A DNA stretch of 64,000 nucleotides from Blastocladiella emersonii ATCC 22665 (Eukaryota > Fungi > Blastocladiomycota), in contig JANHCV010000011.1 of NCBI GenBank assembly GCA_025594325.1, positions 992,001 to 1,056,000 on the forward strand, given 5' to 3'. Position 1 is the stretch's first letter, and each line of letters starts with the position of its first letter. The position numbers were made by a program, and so were the translations under genes. This document shows positions 54,119 through 64,000 of this stretch, one piece after another. A model generated the notes under the pieces. That model was not told the origin of the DNA, made no database searches, and was given only the letters and a program-made list of their open reading frames with translations.

Positions 54119-55712
54119 TCAGTCGAAGCCGTCGCCGTCGCCGTCGGCCTCCTCCTCGGCGACAGCCTCGCCCGGCAGGTGTGCGGCCGCCGAGTAGTCG
54201 GCCGGGATCCCCGCCGCCGACAGGTACCGGAACGCGTACGGGTACCGCATCAGGTGCTCGACCCACACCTGGAAGCTACGAGAGTACCAGCAGGGTCAGT
54301 TATCATGTCGGTAACACATGGAAGAAAGAAACGAACCATTTGGTCTCGTTTTCCTCCTGGACGATCTTCGAATAGATGAACTGGCGCTTGAATGCGTCTA
54401 TCTCGGCCGAGTGCGACCCGAAATCGATCTGCTCGCGGTCCTGGTCGGCAGCCTTCTTGTTGTACACCGAGAACACGCACTGCTCGAGCAGGAGCCCGAG
54501 TCCGGGGGCCTTGGGCACGTTGACCTTGACGTCGCCTGTGAGGAGCGCGGGCTGGACCGCGTCGCGCGGCGTGCCCGTCTTGAGCAGCATGATGGCGAGC
54601 CCGACCATCTTGCGGATCTGGTGGAGCATGAACGACTGCCCGTGCACCTTGAGCGACACCCACTCGCCGCACGCGTGCTTCTCGCCGGTCGCGGCGTCGA
54701 TCCAGTAGTACGTCTCGGGGTCCGACGCCGTGAACTGCGTAATGTACCGCTGGCACGACGGGTCCTTGGCCGACTTCCCAATGGTAAAGTTGTGGTGGTT
54801 GTTGGTGCCCGTGAACCCGGCGAGGATATCGCGGAGCGCCGCGAGCTGCGCCGCGGGGAGCCGGTAGTCGCGGTTGACGGGGATCGCGGCGAGGTCGAAC
54901 TCGGGCGCCTGGTACGGGTTGTCGGGTCCCTCGGGCCGCGCGGACGCGAGCCTGGCGGCCCACCCGGCCATGGGCTCGAGGATGTAGGTCGGCAGGATGT
55001 ACTCGTAGATACGCCCGTCGCAGTGGTTCTTGGAGTTGAACGAGTTCTGCACGCGGACCACGTCCCACACGCGGATCTGCGCGGGGAGGTGCGCGTTGAT
55101 AGCGGCGACGGGGTCGTCGAGGTGGTCGACGACGAGCCGGGCGTTGACGACCTGGCCCGCCGCGTGCACGCCCTTGTCGGTACGGGCGGCGCGCTGGAAC
55201 CCGATCTTCTTGAGGTCCTGCGCGTTGTCCTCGGACACCATGCGCGCCTGGATGAACGCCGCGAACAGGTCGCTCTCGATGGTCTTGGACCCGGGGTTCA
55301 CCTGCATCCCCTGGTACCCGGTCCCGCAGAAGCCCATGAGCACGGCCACCTTGCGCTTGGCGCCGATCCGACGCGCCTTGCGCTCCTCGATCTCCTCGGC
55401 CGTGAACTCGCGCGCGGGCTCGGCGGGACCCGTGTCGCCGCGCCGCGAGTTGTAGTCCTTGACCCCGGCGCCGCGCACGCGGTGCTTCTTGGCCTTCTTG
55501 TTGCCCTTCTTACTGCCGTCGGCGGCGGAGGCTGCGGCGGGCTCAGTGTCGGCGGGCACGGGCGAGGACGACTCGACGGCCTCGTCCGCGGTCCGCTTCG
55601 TGCCGGCGACAGCGTCGGACACGGGCTTGGCCGGCGACACCGGAGCCGGCGCAGCGGGCGCAGCAGCAGCGGCGGCAGCGGCGGCCTTGACAGGCGAAGA
55701 AGTCGATGACAT
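54119..55712 (-). CDS. PUS1: tRNA pseudouridine synthase (TruA/Pus1 family), 1 intron
   Basis: KRKVAVLMGFCGTGYQGMQ, FQRAARTDKGVHA (catalytic Asp), HNFT, KVHGQSFMLHQIRKMVG, PKAPGLGLLL. Confidence 0.93.
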
Positions 55713-56119
55713 GGTGTTGCGGCAGATCCACGAGTTTTTCGAGATAGACGGCGACGACGACGCGCGGAGGGACCAACCGAGGGCCAGAGTCGAGGTCCGC
55801 CGAGCGAGTGCCGGTAGCATGCGATTCCGTTTGCGTCGTAGACGTCGTCGTCGTGGTGGTGAAGCGAAAACGCCACAGCGAGGTGATCATCCCGCAGAAG
55901 CGTCGCGGTCGCGTGGCGCAGCGTGACCCGTCGCCGCGCGAGGCGGGAGACACGCGCGCCACGTGCACGACGCGTCGCGCTGAGAGGCGCGTCGCGCCGC
56001 GCCGTCCCCGCCCCCGCGCGTTTGGAAGAAGCACGACCTCCATCAAGGCGACGGACGGACGCGCCGCGCTCTCTCTCCCGCAACAACAGCACTTGTACAC
56101 CAGCCACTCGCGCAACACC

Positions 56120-57821
56120 ATGAAGCCACTCAACGACGCGACCGCGGCCGGGAGTGCCGGCATGTCGCCGCGCCTGCGCCGGCGCTCGTTCCTGCTCGTC
56201 GGTCTGGTCGTCGGCCTCGTGTTCCTGATGCACTCCATGTCGTCCGCGCCCGCGGTCGATCTCGTCACGCCGCCCGCGTCGACCACCGACTCGTCCAAGT
56301 CCTCCTCCTCGTCCGACAAGTCCCCCGCCTCACCTCCTGCCGCCGCCGACGCCGCCGACCCGTCCCCGCCCGCGCACCCGTCTCGCCTCGAGTCCGGCGG
56401 CCCGTTCGAGCCGCGGTGGGACACGCTCGCGGTGGCCATCAAGTCGGGCAAGGCGGTCGTCGACACGCGGTTCCCGCGGCAGCTGAACACGACGCTGCGC
56501 GGGATCCGGAACCTGGTCCTCATCGGCGACGCGAACGCGACGGACGTGGCGGGCGCGGGCATCGATATGGTCGACGTGGTCACGGGCGCGACCAAGGCGG
56601 CGCGGATGAGGCTCAAGGCGGCCAAGAAGGCGGTGCCGGCCGCGAAGAAGGAGGGCGGTGCGGAGGATGATTGGAGCGACACGCCCCCGGCGCTGCACCG
56701 CCGCGGGCTCGGGTTCGGGTACGGGTCGCGCCGCGTGCTGCCGCGCGCGGATCTCGACCATGAGGTGATGGGTCTGAGCAAGCGCGCGGCGACGCCCGCG
56801 CGCACCGAGGATTCGGCCGGGTGGAAGGCCGACGCGTCCAAGTTCATTCCCGCGGTGCGCGCGCTGTACGACGCGTTCCCCAAGGCCGACTGGTACGTCG
56901 CCCACTCCCGCACCCTCTCCCCGTGCTAACCTCCTCGACCTACACAGGTACATCATCGGCGAGGACGACACGTACATCTTCTTCGAGAACCTGTCCCGGG
57001 CCCTGTCGGCGCACGACCCGGGTCAGCGCCTGTACTTTGGCGCGGGCAACATCTTCGCGGGGTGCGACGGCGTGACGCGGTTCGGCGAGGGTCCCGCCTT
57101 CGCGAACGGCGGGTCGGGCATCGTCCTGTCGCGCGGCGCCGTGGCCGCGATGCTGCCGCTCGCCGACGACTGCACCGTCAAGTACGACGACTGCTGGGCG
57201 GGCGACGTCCGCCTGGCGCTGTGCCTGCGCGACGCCGGGATCACCATCACCAACATCGGGAGCCGCGGCGGTAGCACCGGGGCCGGTGGCCGGTTCATGC
57301 AGGAGTCGCCCGAGTCGGCCAAGTTCGCGTTCCCCGACAACCGGTGCGACCGGCCGCTGTCGGTGCACCACGTGTCGGGCGACGCCATGGACAAGCTGTA
57401 CCGCGCGGAGCGCGACGCGGGCAAGGCCGCGGCGGGGATGGCCGACCAGTGGGCGCTCGCGACGCCCGAGTCGCACGCGTACCTCTTTTCCCCGGGGTCC
57501 GCCAAAACCCCGGCGGCCGAGTCGCCCTTCTACGCGCCCGTGACCATGGCCGACGTGTGGACCGAGTTCCGCGAGGCCAAGGGCCCCGAGGAGAAGCTGG
57601 CCATGTGGCGCCCCGGCGCGCACTACGCCGAGGTCAAGGTGCCGCAGGTCGCCAAGTGCCGCGCCCGGTGCATCGAGGACCCGCGGTGCGTCGCGTGGGA
57701 CTACAGCATCGAGACGGCGAGCTGCCGGCTACTCGAGACGGCCCACGCCCCGCAGCCCAAGATGAACATGATCACGGGCGTCGCCAAGGGGCGGTACATG
57801 TGCCAGGTCCGGTCCATCTAA
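56120..57821 (+). CDS. GT31/Fringe-like glycosyltransferase with C-terminal PAN/apple-like domain, 1 intron
   Basis: N-terminal TM; KADW|YIIGEDDTY, LYFG, FANGGSGIVLSRGA, GDVRLALCLRDAGI; C-terminal CRARC...CVAWDY...C. Confidence 0.85.
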
Positions 57822-58000
57822 GCTGGAGGAGAGACTTGTTGGTGAGGAGATACATTGCACTTGTTCATTCAACCCGCTCGCGTCGAGGGTCCCGTTACGT
57901 GTGTATTAGAGGGCGGAGGTGGGGGGTAGTGTTAGATCGAATAAGTATACCGAGGAGGGAGAGAAGGGAGGAGGAGACGAGGGAAGGGTACGACGGCGGG

Positions 58001-58001
<1 letters not shown>

Positions 58002-58039
<38 letters not shown>
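58002..58039. repeat. (ACT)n microsatellite
   Basis: About 12 perfect units just past the PPE1 stop codon. Confidence 0.95.
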
Positions 58040-58042
58040 AAG

Positions 58043-60247
58043 TTATCGTGGCGGGAACCCGACAACGCGCGGCGCGACGACCGCGGCCGCCGGCCCTCCG
58101 CCCGCGATCCGCATCGCCGCCGCACTGGGCGCGACCGCCGACATCCCGACCGTCGCAGCGACCGTCTTGGGCGTAGTCGCGGGCGTCGCGAGCGCGGGCC
58201 GCGGCGGCAGGACGAGACGCGCGTTACGCGCGGCGAACTGGGCGAGGACGTGCGCCGTGGCGGACGGCGCGTCCTCGTGCAGGTTGTGGCCGACGTTCTG
58301 CAGCACCTCCATCTGGAACTTGCCCTGCATCTGCGCGATCGTCAGCGGGCGGTCGAGCCGGTCCGTGCCCGCGAGGGTGAGCAGTTTGGCGGCGGGGACG
58401 GCGAGGAACAGGCTCGACAGGCCCGTGAACCAGTCTAAAGCCGAGGGAAAAGGGTGCGGGGGTCAGTCGAAAGGCGAGGAGGTGGACGGCGAGGAGAAGG
58501 CGTACCCTGCCAGAACGGCTCGGTGGCGAGCAGGTCCGTCGTCCACCGCACGCGTCCGCTGGCCATGGGCGTGAGCTGCGCGGGGACCGAGATGCGCGCC
58601 GACGACGCGTTGGTGACCTGGTGGCTCTCGACGCTACACCCACACGATGACCAGTCAGTTACTCGGCACCAATCACTACCCACACTCGAGAAACACGTAC
58701 ACCCACTGGACCGCAGCCTCGACCGACCGAAACGTGTCGGGCCGGTTCCCCACGACGGCGCGCATCGAGTGAAGCGCGTCGAGCGCGGTCCCCTCGACAA
58801 CATCCAGGACCGCGACCCCGAGCAGATGCGCGACCCCGCCATCCCGCGGGTTCATCGCGCCGAGATGCGCGCAGATCGCCCCGCCGAGACTGTGCCCAAC
58901 GAGCACGACCTCATGCGGACCAACGTCCCCCATGCCCGCATCCGCGAGCGTCGGGTACAGGTGGTGGACCACCGCCGCGACATCGCCCGCGTACTGCGCG
59001 CGCGTGAGCGGGACGCGCGCCGGGTCGGCGTCCGCCGCCGTGTGCCCGTGGCCGCGCAGGTCGAGTGCGACGGCGACGGATTGCGGGGACACGGAGACGA
59101 GGAGCGCCGCGGTCGCGGCCCAGCTCAGCGCGCCCTGCCCCGCGCCGTGGACGAGGACGAACAGGGTCTTGCACGAGGCCGGCAGGGTTGCCGCGGGGGT
59201 CACGAGGTCGGGCGACGCGGTCCAGTACACGCGGAACGTGGCGGTCGCATCACTCGAGGGGGAAGCAGCATCGGCGGGCGCGTGGACGCCCGAGGCCGCG
59301 CCCGTCGCGGGCGGCACCGAGACGTGCAGTGGGCGCGGCGACGGGACCGACACGTCGAGCGAGCCCGTGAACGACGGGTGCCAGTCGACGGGCGTGTAGT
59401 CGGTCTTCGGGACGGCAACCGCTGCCGCGGCGGCAGCCGTGCGCGCGTGGTACGCGGCCCACGGGTCGGCGGCCGCGAGCGGCGCCGTCGGCGCGTGGAA
59501 CCCGCCAATCGACGCAGAAGGCGGCGACCGCGCCATACCCAATGCAGACGGCGGGCCCATGCGCGGCGCGTCCTGTATCCGCTCGCCGCGCGAGTCGGTG
59601 AGCGGGAGCTGCGGCGGCAGGTAGTCGTCGTCGTCCGTGTCGTCCGTGTACTCGTCGGTATCCTCGCTCGAGTCCGTGTCGTCGGCGCCGCCGGCACGGC
59701 GGCCCTCGGCGATGCCCGCGAGGTGCGCCACGCGGTGGTGTGCGGACCCCGCGGCGGCGGCAGGCGGCGCGGCGAGACTGAGCGAGCGCTGGCTCAGCGG
59801 CGACGAGCCCGACGCGGACACCGGTGATCGGCTCGTGGCGGCAGCGGCGAGGCGCGAGAGCGGGAGCGACGACGGCGACGAGCTGCTGCTACTGCTGCTG
59901 CCACCGCCGCGGTGATGACGATGCCCGTTCGAGTGGTGGTGATGCCCGTGCCCGTTGCCGTTGGCGGCGGCCGCGGCAGCTGCAGCGGCAGCTGCAGCGA
60001 CGTGTCCGCCGACGACCCCGAACCCGCCATCACGATCGTCGTCATCGTCATCATCATCCTCGTCCCCTTCATCCTCGTCGCGATCAGCATCGTCGCCGCC
60101 GGCAAAGCTCTCGTCGTCGCTGGTCGAGGACGATTCGTCGGGCTCGCTGTCGGACGAGGTGTCGAAGCGCACCTCCTGGGCGAGGCGGCTCGGGCGCGCG
60201 GGCGCGGCGCCGGCGGCGGGCAGGCCACGGCGCGGCGGGGCGGCCAT
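58043..60247 (-). CDS. PPE1: Protein phosphatase methylesterase 1 (alpha/beta hydrolase) with long low-complexity N-terminus, spliced
   Basis: LVHGAGQGALSW, DLRGHG, VGHSLGGAI, LDVVEGTALDAL, LLTLAGTDRLDRPLTIAQMQGKFQ, GHNLHED. Confidence 0.92.
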
Positions 60248-61250
60248 GGTGGTAGTGGTAGTGGCGGTAGCAGGGCTCGTTGGCGGAAGAAGGTGGGCGA
60301 CCGGCTCGTCGTCGTCAAGCGAGGACGAGGGCGGGCGACCAGGTGGAACTACTCGCGCGGCAGCCGAGTCGGAGGCGCGCGGGAGCAACAGGTGATCGGG
60401 ACAGCGACAAGCCGTTAATCAAACGAGGGCGGGCCGAGAGCCGATGATGCGCACACGCGCGCGCGTGGGGGCGGGCGGGCCGTGGGAGCGCGGACACGGC
60501 AGCACGATACCGTTGTCCAGACCGAAGTGAATCACTGGCGGGCGGGAATGAAGAGCGAGTAGAGGGAACGCGAGCGCCGGTGGTGCGAGAGAACAAGTCG
60601 GCGGCGCAGGACGCTGGTTGCTACCCGGGTCGGACGAGCCGGTGGTAGCGGCGACGACAGGTCGGGGGCAGCGCAGGACAGGAGCCCAAGCGGATCGGCG
60701 TCGGCGTCGACAGCAGCAAGGTAGCCGAAGGCGACAGCGACGACGGAAGTCGGGGTATCGGCGGCTCGCTGCACTACAACAGAGCGAGCAAGCGGTCAGC
60801 ACACAGCATGGTGCAGCCAGCGGCGATCCGCACGCACCGAGCGCAGGTCCACGGCGAGGCCGACGACGAGAGAAGAGTGGGTGCTGCGCGGCGGCGAGCG
60901 GACGAGCGGAGCGGGCTCGGCTGGGCGCGGAATGGCGGTGACGGGCGACGGCGGCGGCGGGTGGGGGGCGAGCGGTGAGGGCGGGGGCTGCCTCGGGGGC
61001 CTAGCACTGTACTTGAGAGGGCGCTGATGAGAGCGGGCGGGGAGGGGAGGAGGGAGGACCGAGGGCCGAGGGGGCGAGCGGGAGCAGTGGCGCCCAGTCG
61101 AGCGAGGCTCGTTGCAGAGTTGAGTTGTCCCTCATGTTCAGCTCGCTTCACCACTCGCCGCACTCGCCGAGCTTCGCTTCGCTGCCGACGCGCTCCTCTG
61201 CCTGCCGCGACCCTTGATCTCTCGGAGAAAATCTACCCGAGCTGCATTGC

Positions 61251-61655
61251 ATGACTTCCATTGCGCCAAGCACCGCCGCCGCGGCGCCCGACCCGGCCCC
61301 GCCATCGCCCGCGCCGCCGCCGCCCAAGAGTACGCTGCGCGGCCATCGCCGACGCGTTCCCCCTCACTCACCCCCTCTCCTCTCCCTAGTCATCGTGCGG
61401 TTCCAGGCCATCGGCGACGCGCCGATCCTGCGGCAGCCGCTGTCCAAGATCTCGGCCGCGCAGCGGTTCCACGCCGTGGCCGCGTACCTGCGCCGCGAGC
61501 TCGGCCTGAACAAGGACACGCCGCTGTGGCTCTACGTCAACCAGGCCTTTTGCCCGCGCCCCGACGAGGTCATTGCCGACCTGCACGCGTGCTTCCAGCA
61601 GTCCGACTCGGGCCAGCTCGTCGTCAGCTACTGCACCACCGTCGCCTGGGGCTGA
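61251..61655 (+). CDS. ATG12: Autophagy protein Atg12, 1 intron
   Basis: IVRFQAIGDAPIL, LYVNQAFCPRPDE, LVVSYCTTVAWG*. Confidence 0.93.
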   Translation: MTSIAPSTAAAAPDPAPPSPAPPPPKSTLRGHRRRVPPHSPPLLSLVIVRFQAIGDAPILRQPLSKISAAQRFHAVAAYLRRELGLNKDTPLWLYVNQAFCPRPDEVIADLHACFQQSDSGQLVVSYCTTVAWG

Positions 61656-61820
61656 GTGAGGGGCTGCGCGGGGGGTGCGCAGGATCGGCAGGACGCGTCG
61701 GCCGTCGCGTTCCCGTCGCGTCGTGGCCTTCTCTCGCTGCCTCACGGGGACCCCTTGTACAGTCGAATGAATCCATTTTTCTACGCTACATACGGTTGGG
61801 GGAGGGGAACACAAAGAGCA

Positions 61821-63345
61821 TCACTCGTCAATCTCCTCGATCTTGGACGCGTCCATGAGCTCGGGCGCATCATCCTCGTCGTCGCTGTGGTCCGAGCACC
61901 CGTCGCAGTCCTCGTCGTCGCAGCAGTCGCCCCACTCCTCGTCGTCGTCGGCCTCCTCGGCGCGCTTGAACCACTCGAGCGCAACCGCCTCGTTCTGCTC
62001 GACGCCCTGGCCCTCCTGGTACATGGACGCGATCTGCCGCATCGCCTCGGCGTCGCCCTGCCCCGCCGCCTGCAGGTAGTACTGGATCGCCTTGCCGAAA
62101 TCCTGCTCGATGCCCTCGACGCCCTGGTGGTACAGCTGGCCCAGCAGGCACTGCGCGTCGCTGTCCTTGAGCGCCGCCGCGCGCTCGTGGAACTCGAGCG
62201 CCTTGGCCACGTCCTTGTCGCCCGTCGCCTCGCCCGAAAAGTACAGGTACCCGAGCGTGTTGAGCGCCGTCGTGTGGCCCTTGTCGCCGGCCTTGGTCAG
62301 CCACTCGATGGCCTTGGCCAGGTCCGCGTCGACGCCGTCGCCATGCTGGTACACCTGCGACAGCATGAACATGGCCTCGTCGTCGCCGAGCGCCGCCGCC
62401 TGCTCCCACAGGGCAATCGCCTTGTCGACGTCCTGCTCGACGCCCGTCACGCCCTCGTGGTACATGGCGCCGAGCCCGACGAGCCCGTCTGTCGACTTGT
62501 ACTCGTGGAAGGCGCGCTCGTACAGGGCCTTGGCCTGGGCGCCGTCCTCGGCGCACCCGACGCCCGCAATGTGCATCTGCGCCAGCACGCACAGCGCCGA
62601 CGCGTTGCCCTTGTCGGCGGCCGCGCTGTACCAGCGGTACGCCTGGTCAAAGTCCTGCTCAATGTCGGACCCGTCCTGGTACAGGAACCCGCACATGCAC
62701 GCCGCCTCGGAGCTGCCCAGCTCGGCCGCCTTGGTGAACATGGCCAGCGCCTTCTCGCCCGACTCCTCGCCAAACTCGCCGTCCATGTACGAGTTGCCCA
62801 GCCAGAACAGCGCGTGCCGGTCGCCCGACTCGCCCGCCGCCTCGATCCCCGCCTCGCGCGCCTGCGCGAACCACTCGCGCGCCGTCTCGGCGTTCTGCTC
62901 CACACCGTCACCTACACCGACACCCAGTCGCGTCAGCCACACGAACATGAAACCTCGCTCATCTCCGCGGAAAGACGCACCCTCGAGGTACAGGTACGCA
63001 ATCGCGGCGGCCGCGTTGGCCACCTTGCCCTGGTCGTACGCCCTCTTGTACAGCTCGTACGCCTTGGCGTAGTCGACCTCGACGCCGTACCCGTGGTCGT
63101 ACATGTGGCCGAGCAGGTAGTGCGCCTCCGCCGCCGTGTCGAGCGCCGACGCCGCCCGGTACGCCTCGAACGCCTTGTCGTGGTCAATCACCTGCCCGTG
63201 GTCGCCAAAGTAGTGGACGTTGCCCTGCTGCAGGAGAGTCGTGGCTACGCGGGTGCATGCGCGGCGAGGTCAGCGACCTCGTTCTCGCGCGATGGCGGTG
63301 ATGGAGACGCTGATGCATGGGCTGTGTACCGTCGGCGGCGGTCAT
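61821..63345 (-). CDS. Sel1-like repeat protein, spliced
   Basis: About 11 SLR units (A...LG.MY..G.GV.QD..KA..WY..AA..G); introns near 63251-63330 and 62905-62990. Confidence 0.9.
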
Positions 63346-64000
63346 GGTGGATGCGTTCAAGTTGCGCTTCTTGCGTTGCGTCCGTTCAACGAAGAGCGCG
63401 AAGAGAGGAGCGAAGACAAAAGGGTGGCGGCCGCGGCGGCAGGGCGTGTCTCGCAGAGGTGGCTCAAACTCTCTGCACTGCAGGACTTCATTTCTCGCCC
63501 AGCAACGGACCACGTGCCATCGGCTGACGCGCGTCAACGGATCAACGGCGAGCGCCACGCGGCCAACTCCATGACGCGACGCGTCGCGGTTGCGTGAGAG
63601 GAATGGGAATGGAACTCGATGCAACCATGAATACATCATCGTTCAGTGTGATATGGTGTTCTTTCCTGTGACATCGAAAGCGCCGCGTTTTCCGCCGCGA
63701 GGCGACGCTGCCACGCGCTCAGTCGCTCGCCCGCGCGTGGAAGCGACGAGTTGACGACGCTCTCGTGTTAGTTCTCCACGGCAGACTGTGCTGCGGAAGC
63801 TTAGAGCGGAGCACGACGAGTCATCGCGCTTGCCCTCACCGGAGTCGTTGCTTGTCCCCAGCTTGGCCAGGTCCAGCCTGAAACGGGGCGCGTTCACCGG
63901 AAGAATTCCTCGCGTGACAATTTTTACATCATCCTCTCGGTTCGCCTAGACTCGGCTTTGTTGGCCGTGATCTCCGGTCTGTGAGCGCAGCCGCGACCAT

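Noticed and set aside
57995-58045. Poly-Tyr/poly-Leu coding run in track ORFs
   Set aside because: Translation artefact of the (ACT)n microsatellite in the convergent 3' UTR region.
23300-63600. Numerous long alternative-frame ORFs rich in R/A/G/P in the host gene region
   Set aside because: Expected shadows of very high-GC coding DNA; they overlap genes with recognisable domains and have no motifs of their own.

Overview
High-GC, intron-rich eukaryotic DNA, most likely a fungus; an early-diverging lineage is my inference from gene content and intron style. The window has two compartments. (1) Bases 1 to ~19,950 are a repeat island. Its left 6.8 kb is a compact, intronless, apparently intact virion module of a Polinton-like virus (PLV): a fibre-like repeat gene missed by the ORF track, an A32-type packaging ATPase, a double-jelly-roll-type major capsid protein, a penton-like protein and several small ORFs. 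Seven of its starts share a TGTTG..TAA(A)-ATG-type upstream motif. The module is followed by about 1 kb of G-rich tandem repeats and hairpins (candidate terminus/origin), then a decayed Helitron Rep gene. A 5.3-kb chromodomain Ty3/gypsy element is nested in the Helitron. (2) From ~20 kb onward lie four tRNA genes and dense housekeeping genes: FRG1, GT32, CRAL-TRIO, two C2 proteins, a CLC with altered selectivity/gating residues, MIC26/27, ARV1, NAB2-like, EMC6, dynactin p150, PUS1, GT31, PPE1, ATG12 and a Sel1-repeat protein. At 40.7-46.7 kb these are interrupted by a head-to-tail pair of Helitron2-like elements carrying captured fragments. Repeats show CpG-directed C>T/G>A decay while host genes are CpG-rich. 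The best candidate for an undescribed system is the endogenous PLV with its own poxvirus-like transcription signals. All family assignments come from motifs read by eye; no searches were run.
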